Assembly (NCBI GenBank): GCA_964403245.1
Contig: CAYOEW010000004.1
Location: 1-39,328, forward strand
DNA from: an uncultured Lachnospiraceae bacterium
Lineage (GTDB): Bacteria > Bacillota > Clostridia > Christensenellales > UBA1242
Reading direction: 5' to 3'
Length of the DNA stretch: 39,328 nt
The notes under the pieces were generated by a model, which saw nothing but the letters and a program-made list of their open reading frames with translations, did not search any database and was not told the origin of the DNA. A program made the position numbers and the translations under genes. Below, in pieces: positions 26,437 through 34,787 of this stretch; position 1 is the first letter of the stretch; every line of letters starts with the position of its first letter.

Positions 26437-27744
26437 ATGTTTAATTCATTAAGCGAAAAATTTAACCATATTTTTTCAAAATTAACCAAACGCGGAAGAT
26501 TGACTGAACTTGAAATCAAGGAAGCAATGAGAGAAGTGAGAATTGCACTCTTGGAAGCCGATGTAAACTATATGGTTGCAAAAAAATTTGTTGCACAGGT
26601 CAGCGAAAAAGCCCTTGGCGAAGAAGTTATGAAAAGTCTTACGCCGGGACAGATGGTCATCAAAATTGTCAAGGATGAACTTACAAATCTCATCTCTTCC
26701 GACAATCAAAAATTGAACATCGCACCAAATCCACCAAGTGTGTATATGATGTGCGGGCTTCAAGGTGCTGGAAAGACGACAATGTGTGGCAAACTTGCCT
26801 ATCATCTGAAAAAATCCGGCAAAAGACCACTTCTTGTTGCGTGTGACATATATCGTCCTGCCGCAATCAACCAACTTCAAGTTGTTGGAAAAAATGCAAA
26901 TGTTGATGTTTTTGAAAAGGGAACTCAAAATCCTGTCAAAACTTCAAAACAAGCGATTGATTATGCAAAAAAACAGGGCTATGATGTCGTGATCATCGAC
27001 ACCGCAGGCAGACTTCACATCAATCAAGAGTTGATGGAAGAACTTAAAGACATCAAAAAGGAAGTCAAACCAAACGAAATTTTGCTTGTTGTCGACTCGA
27101 TGACAGGACAGGATGCTGTGACTGTTGCAGAAAGTTTCAATAACGACCTTGACATCACTGGCGTTGTTTTGACAAAACTTGATGGCGACACTCGTGGTGG
27201 TGCGGCGCTTTCAATCAAAGCAATCACTGGAAAACCAATCAAATTTTCCGGCATAGGTGAAAAAATTGGAGATTTGGAACAATTCCATCCAGACCGAATT
27301 GCAAGCAGAATCTTGGGAATGGGCGATGTGCTTTCTCTTATTGAAAAGGCACAGGAAGTTGTCACCGAAGAAGAAGCAAAGAAGATGACGGAAAAGTTGC
27401 GAGAAAATTCATTCACTTTTGAGGATTATCTTGTCCAAATGGAAAGCCTGAAAAAAATGGGCGGAATTAACGATTTGTTAAAGATGATTCCGGGCATGTC
27501 TTCAAAACTTAAAGGCGTGACTGTTGATGAGAAACAGTTGGAAACAAACAAGGCAATCATCCAAAGCATGACCAAAGAAGAAAGACTGAACCCTGAAATA
27601 ATCAAGGCAAGTCGCAGAAAGAGAATTGCTGATGGAAGTGGAACAACTATTCAGCAGGTCAACACTCTTTTGAAACAATTTGAACAATCAAAAGAAATGA
27701 TGAAACAACTCAAAGGCAAACGTGGAATGCGTGGTTTGTTCTAA
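26437..27744 (+). CDS. ffh: Signal recognition particle protein Ffh
   Basis: Motifs GLQGAGKTT, DTAGR and TKLDGDTRGGAALS, with a Met-rich M domain. Confidence 0.95.
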   Translation: MFNSLSEKFNHIFSKLTKRGRLTELEIKEAMREVRIALLEADVNYMVAKKFVAQVSEKALGEEVMKSLTPGQMVIKIVKDELTNLISSDNQKLNIAPNPPSVYMMCGLQGAGKTTMCGKLAYHLKKSGKRPLLVACDIYRPAAINQLQVVGKNANVDVFEKGTQNPVKTSKQAIDYAKKQGYDVVIIDTAGRLHINQELMEELKDIKKEVKPNEILLVVDSMTGQDAVTVAESFNNDLDITGVVLTKLDGDTRGGAALSIKAITGKPIKFSGIGEKIGDLEQFHPDRIASRILGMGDVLSLIEKAQEVVTEEEAKKMTEKLRENSFTFEDYLVQMESLKKMGGINDLLKMIPGMSSKLKGVTVDEKQLETNKAIIQSMTKEERLNPEIIKASRRKRIADGSGTTIQQVNTLLKQFEQSKEMMKQLKGKRGMRGLF

Positions 27745-27810
27745 TAAAAAGGTATATTCAAAACACATGTTTTGTTTATATATAAAAAATTCAAAAAAGG
27801 AGAAAAGAAA

Positions 27811-28068
27811 ATGGCTGTAAAAATCAGACTTACAAGAATGGGAGATAAAAAATCACCTTTTTATCGTGTTGTAGTTGCAGATTCAACAAGCCCAAGAGAT
27901 GGAAAATATATTGACCTTCTTGGAACTTACAATCCACTTACAAACCCAGCAGAAATCAAAATTGACAGCGAAAAGGCACAAAAGTGGCTTAAAAACGGTG
28001 CACAACCAACAGAAACTGCAAAATCAATTTTGGTTAAGAGTGGCGTAATCGCATCTGAAAACAAATAA
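27811..28068 (+). CDS. rpsP: 30S ribosomal protein S16
   Basis: Reads [42 protein letters not shown]. The ATG at 27811 follows AAAGGAGAAAAG. Confidence 0.95.
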   Translation: MAVKIRLTRMGDKKSPFYRVVVADSTSPRDGKYIDLLGTYNPLTNPAEIKIDSEKAQKWLKNGAQPTETAKSILVKSGVIASENK

Positions 28069-28081
28069 TAGGAGAAAGTTT

Positions 28082-28309
28082 ATGGAACTTTTAAAATTCC
28101 TTGTTAACGCACTTGTTGACGACAAACAAAGTGTGTCAATTGAACAAGAAGAAGACGAAACTTCTTTGACATATCGCGTCAAAGTTGCTTCGGGCGACAT
28201 CGGTAAAATCATCGGTAAAAACGGCAAAACAGCAAACAGCATCAGAACAATCATGAAGTCAGTTGGAGCAAAAACTCACAAAAAAGTTTTTGTGAAATTT
28301 GAGGACTAG
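28082..28309 (+). CDS. khpA: KH-domain RNA-binding protein (KhpA/YlqC, UPF0109)
   Basis: KH motif GKIIGKNGKTANSIRTI. Sits in the conserved slot between rpsP and rimM. Confidence 0.85.
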   Translation: MELLKFLVNALVDDKQSVSIEQEEDETSLTYRVKVASGDIGKIIGKNGKTANSIRTIMKSVGAKTHKKVFVKFED

Positions 28310-28312
28310 ACG

Positions 28313-28804
28313 ATGGTTTGCGTTGGCAAAATCATTAAACCGCAGGGTATCAAAGGGGAAGTGAAAATTCTTCCCTTGGTTGATATTCCTGCGATTTTTA
28401 ATGGAAAACATCAACTTTACATCGAAAAAAGACCTTCTCCACACAAAAGTGCAACATTCCGACAGGGGTTTGCATATGTGTGTTTCAACGAAATTTCTGA
28501 CAGAAATGTTGCAGAAAATTATCGCGGAAAATTTGTCTATATCACAAAGGAAGAGTTTGAAAAACTTGCCGTTGATGACTTTCTGATTGATGATTTGATT
28601 GGAACAGTTCTCTATGATGAAGAAGGGAATTTGATTGGTCAAATTTTGGGTGTGACAAATTATGGTTTTGATGATATTTTGATTGTCAAAGAAGAAGGAC
28701 GAACATATGAAGTGCCATTCAAAAAGGCAATTTTTAAGAAAATCAAGGGGCAACTTGTCGCAAACAGAATTGAATTTGATGGGGCAAAGGTGGAACAAGA
28801 GTGA
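28313..28804 (+). CDS. rimM: 16S rRNA processing protein RimM
   Basis: Contains VGKIIKPQGIKGEVKI plus a PRC-barrel C-terminus. Lies upstream of trmD. Confidence 0.9.
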   Translation: MVCVGKIIKPQGIKGEVKILPLVDIPAIFNGKHQLYIEKRPSPHKSATFRQGFAYVCFNEISDRNVAENYRGKFVYITKEEFEKLAVDDFLIDDLIGTVLYDEEGNLIGQILGVTNYGFDDILIVKEEGRTYEVPFKKAIFKKIKGQLVANRIEFDGAKVEQE

Positions 28805-29469
28805 AAATTGACATTTTAACGTTGTTTCCAGAGTGTTTTTCTCCACTTCAAACAAGCATAATTGGTCGTGCAGTGGAAAATGGACTTTTGGAAATCAATT
28901 TGATTAACATTCGAGATTTTTCAAAAAACAAACATAAAAAATGTGATGATGAAGTCTTTGGTGGCGGGGCAGGAATGTTGATGACAATCCAACCACTTTA
29001 TGACGCAATCAAATCCGTTTGGACGAAGGATTGTCACATCATTTTTCCATCTCCAATTGGTGCAGTTTTTAACAGCAAAAAGGCGGAAAGTTTGTCAAAA
29101 TATGAACATCTCATCTTTGTTTGTGGACACTATGAAGGAGTGGATGACCGACTTTTTCAACTTTTTGACATTGAACAAATTTCCATCGGTGACTATGTGC
29201 TCACAGGCGGTGAACTTCCTTCAATGGTGATTTTGGACAGCGTTGCACGATTTGTTGAGGGTGTGATTTCAAAAGATAGTTTGACCTGCGAAAGTTTCTC
29301 AAATGGGCTTTTGGAAGAACCACAATACACTCGTCCACAAGAATTTCAAGGATTGAAAGTCCCTGATGTGCTTTTGTCTGGCAATCATCAAGAAATTGAA
29401 AAGTGGAGACAAAATCAAAGATTGGAGAGAACAAGAAAATTTCGTAAAGACTTACTTGATGAAGAATAA
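28801..29469 (+). CDS. trmD: tRNA (guanine37-N1)-methyltransferase
   Basis: Contains DILTLFPE, DDEVFGGGAGMLM and CGHYEGVDDR. GTG start overlaps the rimM stop. Confidence 0.93.
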   Translation: MKIDILTLFPECFSPLQTSIIGRAVENGLLEINLINIRDFSKNKHKKCDDEVFGGGAGMLMTIQPLYDAIKSVWTKDCHIIFPSPIGAVFNSKKAESLSKYEHLIFVCGHYEGVDDRLFQLFDIEQISIGDYVLTGGELPSMVILDSVARFVEGVISKDSLTCESFSNGLLEEPQYTRPQEFQGLKVPDVLLSGNHQEIEKWRQNQRLERTRKFRKDLLDEE

Positions 29470-29480
29470 CACAAAATGCG

Positions 29481-29505
29481 GTGTATTATGCAATGCATAA
29501 CACAC
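29481..29505. repeat. Palindromic motif copy between trmD and rbgA
   Basis: GTGTATTATGCA-A-TGCATAACACAC, with perfect core TTATGCA-A-TGCATAA at 29486-29500. Confidence 0.7.
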
Positions 29506-29521
29506 AAAATGTTGAGGTATT

Positions 29522-30334
29522 ATGAAGATTAACTGGTTTCCGGGACATATGAACAAAGCGCTTAAAGACATAAGTGACAACTTGAAAAAAGTTGATGTGG
29601 TCACTTATATTCTTGACGCACGCATTCCGGTTTCTTCACTCAATCCGACTTTGTCAAAAATCACTGAAAACAAACCAGTTTTGTTTGTAATAAACAAAAT
29701 TGACATGGCGGACGAAAAAAGAATTAAAGCACTTTTGCCACAATTCAAATCGCAAAACAGTGATTATTTGCTTTTTAACAGCACACTTTCTGGGAAAAGT
29801 GATTTGATTTTAAACAAAATTAAGTCGCTTGCAAAGGCAAAAATCGAAAAATACAAAGCAAAAGGCATCAAAGCGTCAATCAGAACAATGGTTGTTGGAA
29901 TTCCAAACTCTGGAAAAAGCACTCTTGTAAACAATTTGTGCAAAAAAGCCAAGGCAATCACAGGAAACAAAGCGGGCGTGACAAAGCATGGACTTTGGTT
30001 GCCTGTTGGGGATTGTGTTGAGGTCTATGACACACCAGGAACGCTTTATCCAAACATCGAAGACCAAGAAGTTGCAAAAAAATTGGCGTATGTTGGAAGT
30101 GTGAGAGATGAAATTTTGGATTTTGTGGAACTTTCACAGGAATTTATTAAACTTTTGGAGAAAATTTATCCTCAAATCATCCCAAATCGATATAACGGAG
30201 CGAAAAATCTTGAAGAAATTGCAAATGTCAGAAAATTTGTGACTTCTGGTGGAGAAGTTGACTTTGAACGAACAGCGAAAGTCATTATTGACGATTTCCG
30301 CAAAGGTCGTTTGGGGAAACTTACGCTTGATTAA
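29522..30334 (+). CDS. rbgA: Ribosome biogenesis GTPase A (YlqF/RbgA), circularly permuted
   Basis: G4 NKIDM comes before G1 GIPNSGKSTLVN and G3 DTPG. The N-terminus is WFPGHM. Confidence 0.9.
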   Translation: MKINWFPGHMNKALKDISDNLKKVDVVTYILDARIPVSSLNPTLSKITENKPVLFVINKIDMADEKRIKALLPQFKSQNSDYLLFNSTLSGKSDLILNKIKSLAKAKIEKYKAKGIKASIRTMVVGIPNSGKSTLVNNLCKKAKAITGNKAGVTKHGLWLPVGDCVEVYDTPGTLYPNIEDQEVAKKLAYVGSVRDEILDFVELSQEFIKLLEKIYPQIIPNRYNGAKNLEEIANVRKFVTSGGEVDFERTAKVIIDDFRKGRLGKLTLD

Positions 30335-30346
30335 GGGTGGTTTTAT

Positions 30347-30709
30347 ATGATTGAAAAGGACATAACGAAAGTTAAAAACAAAATCAGGGGAAATGCCGGT
30401 GAAATTTTGGCTGTCAATTTTCTGAAATCGAAAAAATATCAAATCGTCCAAACAAACTATTCAAACAAAATTGGAGAAATCGACATAATTGCAAAAAAAG
30501 ACGGGGTTTTGGTGTTTGTTGAGGTCAAAAGCCGTGCAACTCTTGCGTTTGGAAGACCGATTGAGGCAGTTAATTTCAGAAAACAAAACAAAATCAGGAC
30601 GACAGCGGAACTTTATCTTGCATTCAAACATATGTCCGAACACGATGTCAGATTTGATGTGATTGAGATTGTTGGAGACCAAATTAACCATGTCGAAAAT
30701 GCTTTTTGA
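30347..30709 (+). CDS. YraN family (UPF0102) endonuclease-like protein
   Basis: Contains GEIDIIAKKDGVLVFVEVKSR and RFDVIEI, the restriction-endonuclease-like core of UPF0102. Confidence 0.8.
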   Translation: MIEKDITKVKNKIRGNAGEILAVNFLKSKKYQIVQTNYSNKIGEIDIIAKKDGVLVFVEVKSRATLAFGRPIEAVNFRKQNKIRTTAELYLAFKHMSEHDVRFDVIEIVGDQINHVENAF

Positions 30710-30771
30710 ATGTTTTTTTGCGAAAAATCCCAAATTTTTCATTAAACTTTGAAAAAATATTCAAAAAACAC

Positions 30772-30801
30772 TTGATATTATCAAAAGTCGTGTGATATAA
30801 T
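30772..30801 (+). promoter_or_regulatory. rplS promoter
   Basis: TTGATA-18-TATAAT with an extended -10 TGA. Confidence 0.5.
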
Positions 30802-30912
30802 AATAAAGACTTCGAGTGTTCCGCTGAAATGTGACAAACAGTGGTTTGCAATGTTCACGAGAACCCGTTTTATTGAGCACTATGTCGAAAATCTGAAAAA
30901 AGGAGATAAGTC
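30802..30912 (+). promoter_or_regulatory. About 105-nt rplS 5' leader (possible L19 autoregulatory leader)
   Basis: A long untranslated leader lies between the promoter and the rplS SD. L19 leaders are known in Bacillota. I could not verify the fold by eye. Confidence 0.3.
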
Positions 30913-31263
30913 ATGGCTAACATTATTGATCAACTTGAACGCGAAGGAATGAAGGAATCAATCCCTGAATTTGCAATTGGTGACACTGTCAAAGTTGTTG
31001 TCAAAATCAAAGAAGGCGACAAAGAAAGACTTCAAGCGTTTGAAGGTGTTGTAATTGCCAAAAAGAATGGCGGAATCAGAGAAACATTCACTGTAAGAAA
31101 GATTTCATACGGTGTTGGTGTTGAAAAAACATTCCCAGTTCATTCACCAAAAATTGCCACAATTGAAGTGGTAAGAAAAGGTAAACCAAGAAGAGCAAAA
31201 CTCTACTACGTAAGAGAACTCACTGGCAAAGCAGCAAAAGTTAAATCTGCAGACAACAACTAA
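30913..31263 (+). CDS. rplS: 50S ribosomal protein L19
   Basis: Contains [60 protein letters not shown]. Confidence 0.95.
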   Translation: MANIIDQLEREGMKESIPEFAIGDTVKVVVKIKEGDKERLQAFEGVVIAKKNGGIRETFTVRKISYGVGVEKTFPVHSPKIATIEVVRKGKPRRAKLYYVRELTGKAAKVKSADNN

Positions 31264-31291
31264 AAGGAAGGGTTATCCCTTCTTTTTTTTT
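31264..31291 (+). terminator. rplS terminator
   Basis: GGAAGGG-TTAT-CCCTTCT followed by T9. Confidence 0.7.
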
Positions 31292-31366
31292 ATTTCATTA
31301 TGCTTGCAAAATTCAAGTTTTAATGCCATTTCTTTTTGCATATATAAAACAAAGAGAGGTGTGGAC

Positions 31367-31981
31367 ATGCTTGATTTTGTGGCAGAAAATTTTTCTGATT
31401 GTGTTTGGCTTGCGGTCTTTTTTGTCGCGCTTTTGCCAACAATTGAGAGTAAAGTCGCAATCCCGTTTGGACTTGCCAGCGCAATTTGGGGAGATGCAAC
31501 ATTATCGCCATTTTTGACTTTTTTGTTATCTTTTTTGGGCACGATGTTGCCATCATTTTTTGTGATTTGGCTGGCGCGTCGGCTGAAAAACAAAACAAGC
31601 GGGTTTGTTCATGACAAATTTGTTGTGAAGGTTCAGTCAAAATATCAAAAACAATTTGACAAACTTGGGAAAAAGACAACAACATTCAAAAAATGTCTTC
31701 TTTTGGGAAGTTTTGTTGCGGTGCCATTGCCTTTGACTGGAGTCTACACAGGAAGTTTGATTGCAGGGTTTACAAATCTCAAAATTTGGCAGGGGTTTGT
31801 TTCAATTTTGGTGGGCGAGTTTGTGAGTTGTGTTGGGATTTTCTTGCTTTGCACCATGTTTGAAAATTCCGCTTTCTATTTGTTTTTGATGTCACTTGTC
31901 ATTGGTGTGATTTTTATGCTTGTAAATTTGGTGATTTTTTTAAATTCGGTGATTAAAAAACATAAAAAAAGAAAATCTTAA
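31367..31981 (+). CDS. Small multidrug-export-type membrane protein (COG2426-like)
   Basis: 204 aa from the ATG at 31367 (GAGAGGTG SD). It has 4-5 TM segments and a PTIESKVAIPFGL motif similar to the Sm_multidrug_ex family. The family call is made by eye. Confidence 0.55.
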   Translation: MLDFVAENFSDCVWLAVFFVALLPTIESKVAIPFGLASAIWGDATLSPFLTFLLSFLGTMLPSFFVIWLARRLKNKTSGFVHDKFVVKVQSKYQKQFDKLGKKTTTFKKCLLLGSFVAVPLPLTGVYTGSLIAGFTNLKIWQGFVSILVGEFVSCVGIFLLCTMFENSAFYLFLMSLVIGVIFMLVNLVIFLNSVIKKHKKRKS

Positions 31982-32012
31982 TGCAAAAAATGGGCGATAT
32001 GATGAAAAAAAG

Positions 32013-32066
32013 AAAAGAGATGATTGATTTGTTCTGCACGAACTAAATTATCTCTTTTCGTTTTTA
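32013..32066 (+). terminator. Long-loop hairpin plus T-run after the export-protein gene
   Basis: A 10-bp stem GAAAAGAGAT/ATCTCTTTTC encloses a 28-nt loop and is followed by GTTTTT. Confidence 0.35.
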
Positions 32067-32129
32067 AGTTAAGCACTTTTTCGTCCTTAACTTGTCATTA
32101 TGATGTGCGATTGTTTTTGTTTTATTCAC

Positions 32130-33908
32130 TTATTTTGAAAATTTTTTGAATGTGAACTTTTTGATGTAATAGTTAACTGGAAATGCAATCAAAATCGCCA
32201 TAATTGGAAGAAGAATTGATGTGAGATATCCTGAAATCAATTCAATTTGCATTCCGCATGCAATGTTGATGACAAACACGACAAGCGAACCCAAAATGAA
32301 AACTGCCCAATTTATGATGCTGTTGTAAAGCAAAACTGCTTTCTTGCTTGGAACAACTTTGAATTTGATGAGTTTGAAGAGTGAATAAACAAAGAACAAA
32401 ATTGGGATTACATAAAACATGAAATTTGTTGAAGGGCGCAGGTTGTTTGTTCCGCTGATAATCCAGAACAAAATTGCCGACCCAATGCCAGAAAGAAGAA
32501 GCAGAATTGTTGAAGTTACAAATGTAAGGAAGTTTGTGTTATGTCTGCGTTCTACGGATGTTTTGCGATATTCATTAAAATTGATTCCGTGACCTTGATA
32601 ATATTTTTTCAACGACCCATAATCTGCAAAACTGCCAACATTTTGTAGTTCTTCTTTGATGATTTCAGGAGCGGTTTTCTTTTCTTTCTTGCGTTCAAAC
32701 AATTTTGCCATCATGTCTTTGTAGGTTGGCTCAAGATTTGCATCTCTCTTTGGCGCTGGCAAATTGTCATCATATATGTTGATTTCAATGTTTGGCGGAG
32801 TGATTTTGCGTTGGATTGGAATTTGGTTTTGTTCAATTCTTGGGTTTGTAATCAAAACCGCATCATCCTTTGTTTCTTCAATTTCACTTTTATCAAAAGA
32901 AAATGCTTCTTCTTGATATGAAAATTCATCGTCATTTTCTTCTTTTGTGAAAATTTGCTCTGGTTGGGTGGTTGATGTTGTGTTTTGAACGCTTGGGGTG
33001 ACCTGACCGAAGCCATTTTGTTTGAGATTTAACATGGATTGTTTGAGTTGTTGTATGCGGTCACGTTGAATTTCATCATCGTCATCCTTTTTGTATACAA
33101 CTGACATTTCGATTTGATTCTCTGAAAAACTCTTGCGCTTGCGATATTTTTTAAGTTCACTTGAAGTGTCGTAAATACGGCGGTTTTGTTCAGTTTGGTC
33201 GGCGGTGAGTTCATATTTTTCATCATCTTTAAGAAGTCTTCCGTCGTTTTGAACAGGCATCTCTTCTGGGGTGCTTGGTTGTGAAATTTGATTGAGTTTG
33301 CTTTGATAATACTCCATTTTCTCTTCATCACTTGGCGATTGAGTTGAAATGCTGAAAATGTCAAGTTGATTTTCAAGAACATCCGAATTTTGTGTTTCGT
33401 CAGATTTTTTCTCCTCTGTCTTTTTTTCTTCGCTTTTTACCATGTCAAAGATGTTGCCTTGTTGCAAAAAGACGTCTTGTTCCTGTGAGTCAATCGAATT
33501 GGACGAGGTTGATACTGTTTCTTCAACATAATCTGTCGCATCTTGCGTTTCAACTCTTTCTTCCGCTGACAAAAATTTGCCATCGTCTGTGACTTCTTCT
33601 TCAAGTTCTGTGCTTTCAAAACTTCCGGCAAATTCATTTTCAAGTTCAGCCAAATTTTCTTTGCCGGCTGATGTGATTGTGTAATAATGGCGCTTTCCAC
33701 CAAGTTCACTTTCTCCCCAATATGAAGAAGAAACCAAACCCTTCTTTTCCATACGAGTCAAGCAGGAATAAAGAGTTGGCTTTTTGAGAACATAACTTCC
33801 ACCAGTTTTTTTTGAAATATATTCAATGATTTCCAAACCATATTTTGAGCCTTCAGACAGGCTGTCCAAAACAAGATATGAAACTTGTCCGTTTGAATTG
33901 AATGCCAT
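32130..33908 (-). CDS. Membrane-tethered PadR-family transcriptional regulator
   Basis: The N-terminal wHTH region (YLVLDSLSEGSKYGLEIIEYISKKTGGSYVLKKPTLYSCLTRMEKKGLVSS...GGKRHYYTIT) is PadR-like. A ~330-aa acidic low-complexity linker follows. Four C-terminal TM segments begin at FLTFVTSTILLLLSGIGSAILFWII. Confidence 0.8.
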   Translation of the reverse strand: MAFNSNGQVSYLVLDSLSEGSKYGLEIIEYISKKTGGSYVLKKPTLYSCLTRMEKKGLVSSSYWGESELGGKRHYYTITSAGKENLAELENEFAGSFESTELEEEVTDDGKFLSAEERVETQDATDYVEETVSTSSNSIDSQEQDVFLQQGNIFDMVKSEEKKTEEKKSDETQNSDVLENQLDIFSISTQSPSDEEKMEYYQSKLNQISQPSTPEEMPVQNDGRLLKDDEKYELTADQTEQNRRIYDTSSELKKYRKRKSFSENQIEMSVVYKKDDDDEIQRDRIQQLKQSMLNLKQNGFGQVTPSVQNTTSTTQPEQIFTKEENDDEFSYQEEAFSFDKSEIEETKDDAVLITNPRIEQNQIPIQRKITPPNIEINIYDDNLPAPKRDANLEPTYKDMMAKLFERKKEKKTAPEIIKEELQNVGSFADYGSLKKYYQGHGINFNEYRKTSVERRHNTNFLTFVTSTILLLLSGIGSAILFWIISGTNNLRPSTNFMFYVIPILFFVYSLFKLIKFKVVPSKKAVLLYNSIINWAVFILGSLVVFVINIACGMQIELISGYLTSILLPIMAILIAFPVNYYIKKFTFKKFSK

Positions 33909-33930
33909 ATCACAATTCTCCTATAATGAA

Positions 33931-33959
33931 ATTATAGAAGAAAATATACTCTTTGTCAA
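33931..33959 (-). promoter_or_regulatory. Consensus promoter of the PadR-like gene
   Basis: The - strand reads TTGACA-17-TATAAT. Confidence 0.6.
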
Positions 33960-33969
33960 ATGATTTGAA

Positions 33970-34004
33970 GGTATTATGCAAAAAAGTTTTTGTTGCATAA
34001 TACC
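33970..34004. repeat. 35-nt palindrome immediately upstream of the PadR -35
   Basis: GGTATTATGCAA (33970-33981) pairs with TTGCATAATACC (33993-34004), which are perfect 12-bp arms. The loop is AAAAGTTTTTG. Confidence 0.75.
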
Positions 34005-34014
34005 CACAAAATGA

Positions 34015-34060
34015 GTGGTGATATGCAACAAAAAACACAACATGTTGTGGTGATATGCAA
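34015..34060. repeat. 14-nt direct repeat x2 flanking a 14-nt palindrome
   Basis: GTGGTGATATGCAA occurs at 34015-34028 and 34047-34060 (32-nt period). CACAACATGTTGTG lies at 34036-34049. Confidence 0.75.
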
Positions 34061-34095
34061 GAAATTCAAAAACTTCATATGTATTTTGATTTTCT

Positions 34096-34124
34096 TTGCA
34101 AAAACAAGAGAAATGTGATAAAAT
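34096..34124 (+). promoter_or_regulatory. Promoter of the DUF45 metallopeptidase gene (leaderless configuration)
   Basis: TTGCAA-17-TAAAAT with an extended -10 TGA. Six nt separate the -10 from the ATG at 34131, and there is no SD. Confidence 0.5.
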
Positions 34125-34130
34125 GATGAT

Positions 34131-34763
34131 ATGAAAATTCAAGTTGTTCGACAAAAAAGAAAAACGATATGTTTGAAAATGATTGACAAAAACAATGCCA
34201 TTTTGAAAGTTCCAACTTCATATTCTGACAAAAAAGTTAAAGAATTTTTAAATTCAAAACAAACTTGGCTTGAAAAAACTCAAAGAAAGTTGGATGAACG
34301 TGAAAAAACAGCAAATTTGTTTGATTTAAAGAATTTTGTTTATTTTGGCGCAAAACCAATTATGAAGACATCTGAACTTGCAATTGATTTTGAGAGTTTG
34401 GATGCACAAAAACGTGAAAAAATCATCAAAAAAGCATATTGTGACCTTTTTACACGTTTGGAAGAGAAAACAGAAGAGTGGTCAAAGAAGACAGGACTTC
34501 TTTATGCGGAACTCAAATGTGTGGACTCCACAAGAATTTGGGGAAGTCTTAATGAGTCGGGAGTGATGAAACTCAATTACAAATTGTCGATTTTGCCAGA
34601 GCGATTGATTGACTATGTCGTTGTTCATGAACTCTGTCACACCAGACATCTTAATCACAGCCCAATGTTTTGGGAAAATGTAAAACTTATTTTGCCTGAC
34701 TGGAAGAAACGCCGTGATGAGTTGAAAAACTACGCTTTTTTGCTTAAAAAAGGAATATTTTAA
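34131..34763 (+). CDS. DUF45/YgjP-type (M48-like) zinc metallopeptidase
   Basis: HExxH lies in YVVVHELCHTRHLNHSPMFW, and the N-terminus RQKRKTICLKM...ILKVP is typical of the family. No SD upstream. Confidence 0.75.
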   Translation: MKIQVVRQKRKTICLKMIDKNNAILKVPTSYSDKKVKEFLNSKQTWLEKTQRKLDEREKTANLFDLKNFVYFGAKPIMKTSELAIDFESLDAQKREKIIKKAYCDLFTRLEEKTEEWSKKTGLLYAELKCVDSTRIWGSLNESGVMKLNYKLSILPERLIDYVVVHELCHTRHLNHSPMFWENVKLILPDWKKRRDELKNYAFLLKKGIF

Positions 34764-34787
34764 AACGAAATACACACTCTAAATTGC

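Noticed and set aside
31273-31593. 106-aa - strand ORF
   Set aside because: It is antisense to the export-protein gene and starts within it, runs through the rplS terminator, and has no SD.
33921-34154. 77-aa - strand ORF, and a 12-codon + strand ORF (MQKSFCCIIPTK), in the PadR/DUF45 intergenic region
   Set aside because: The 77-aa frame spans two promoters and the repeat array and has no SD. The mini-ORF is a by-product of the palindrome.
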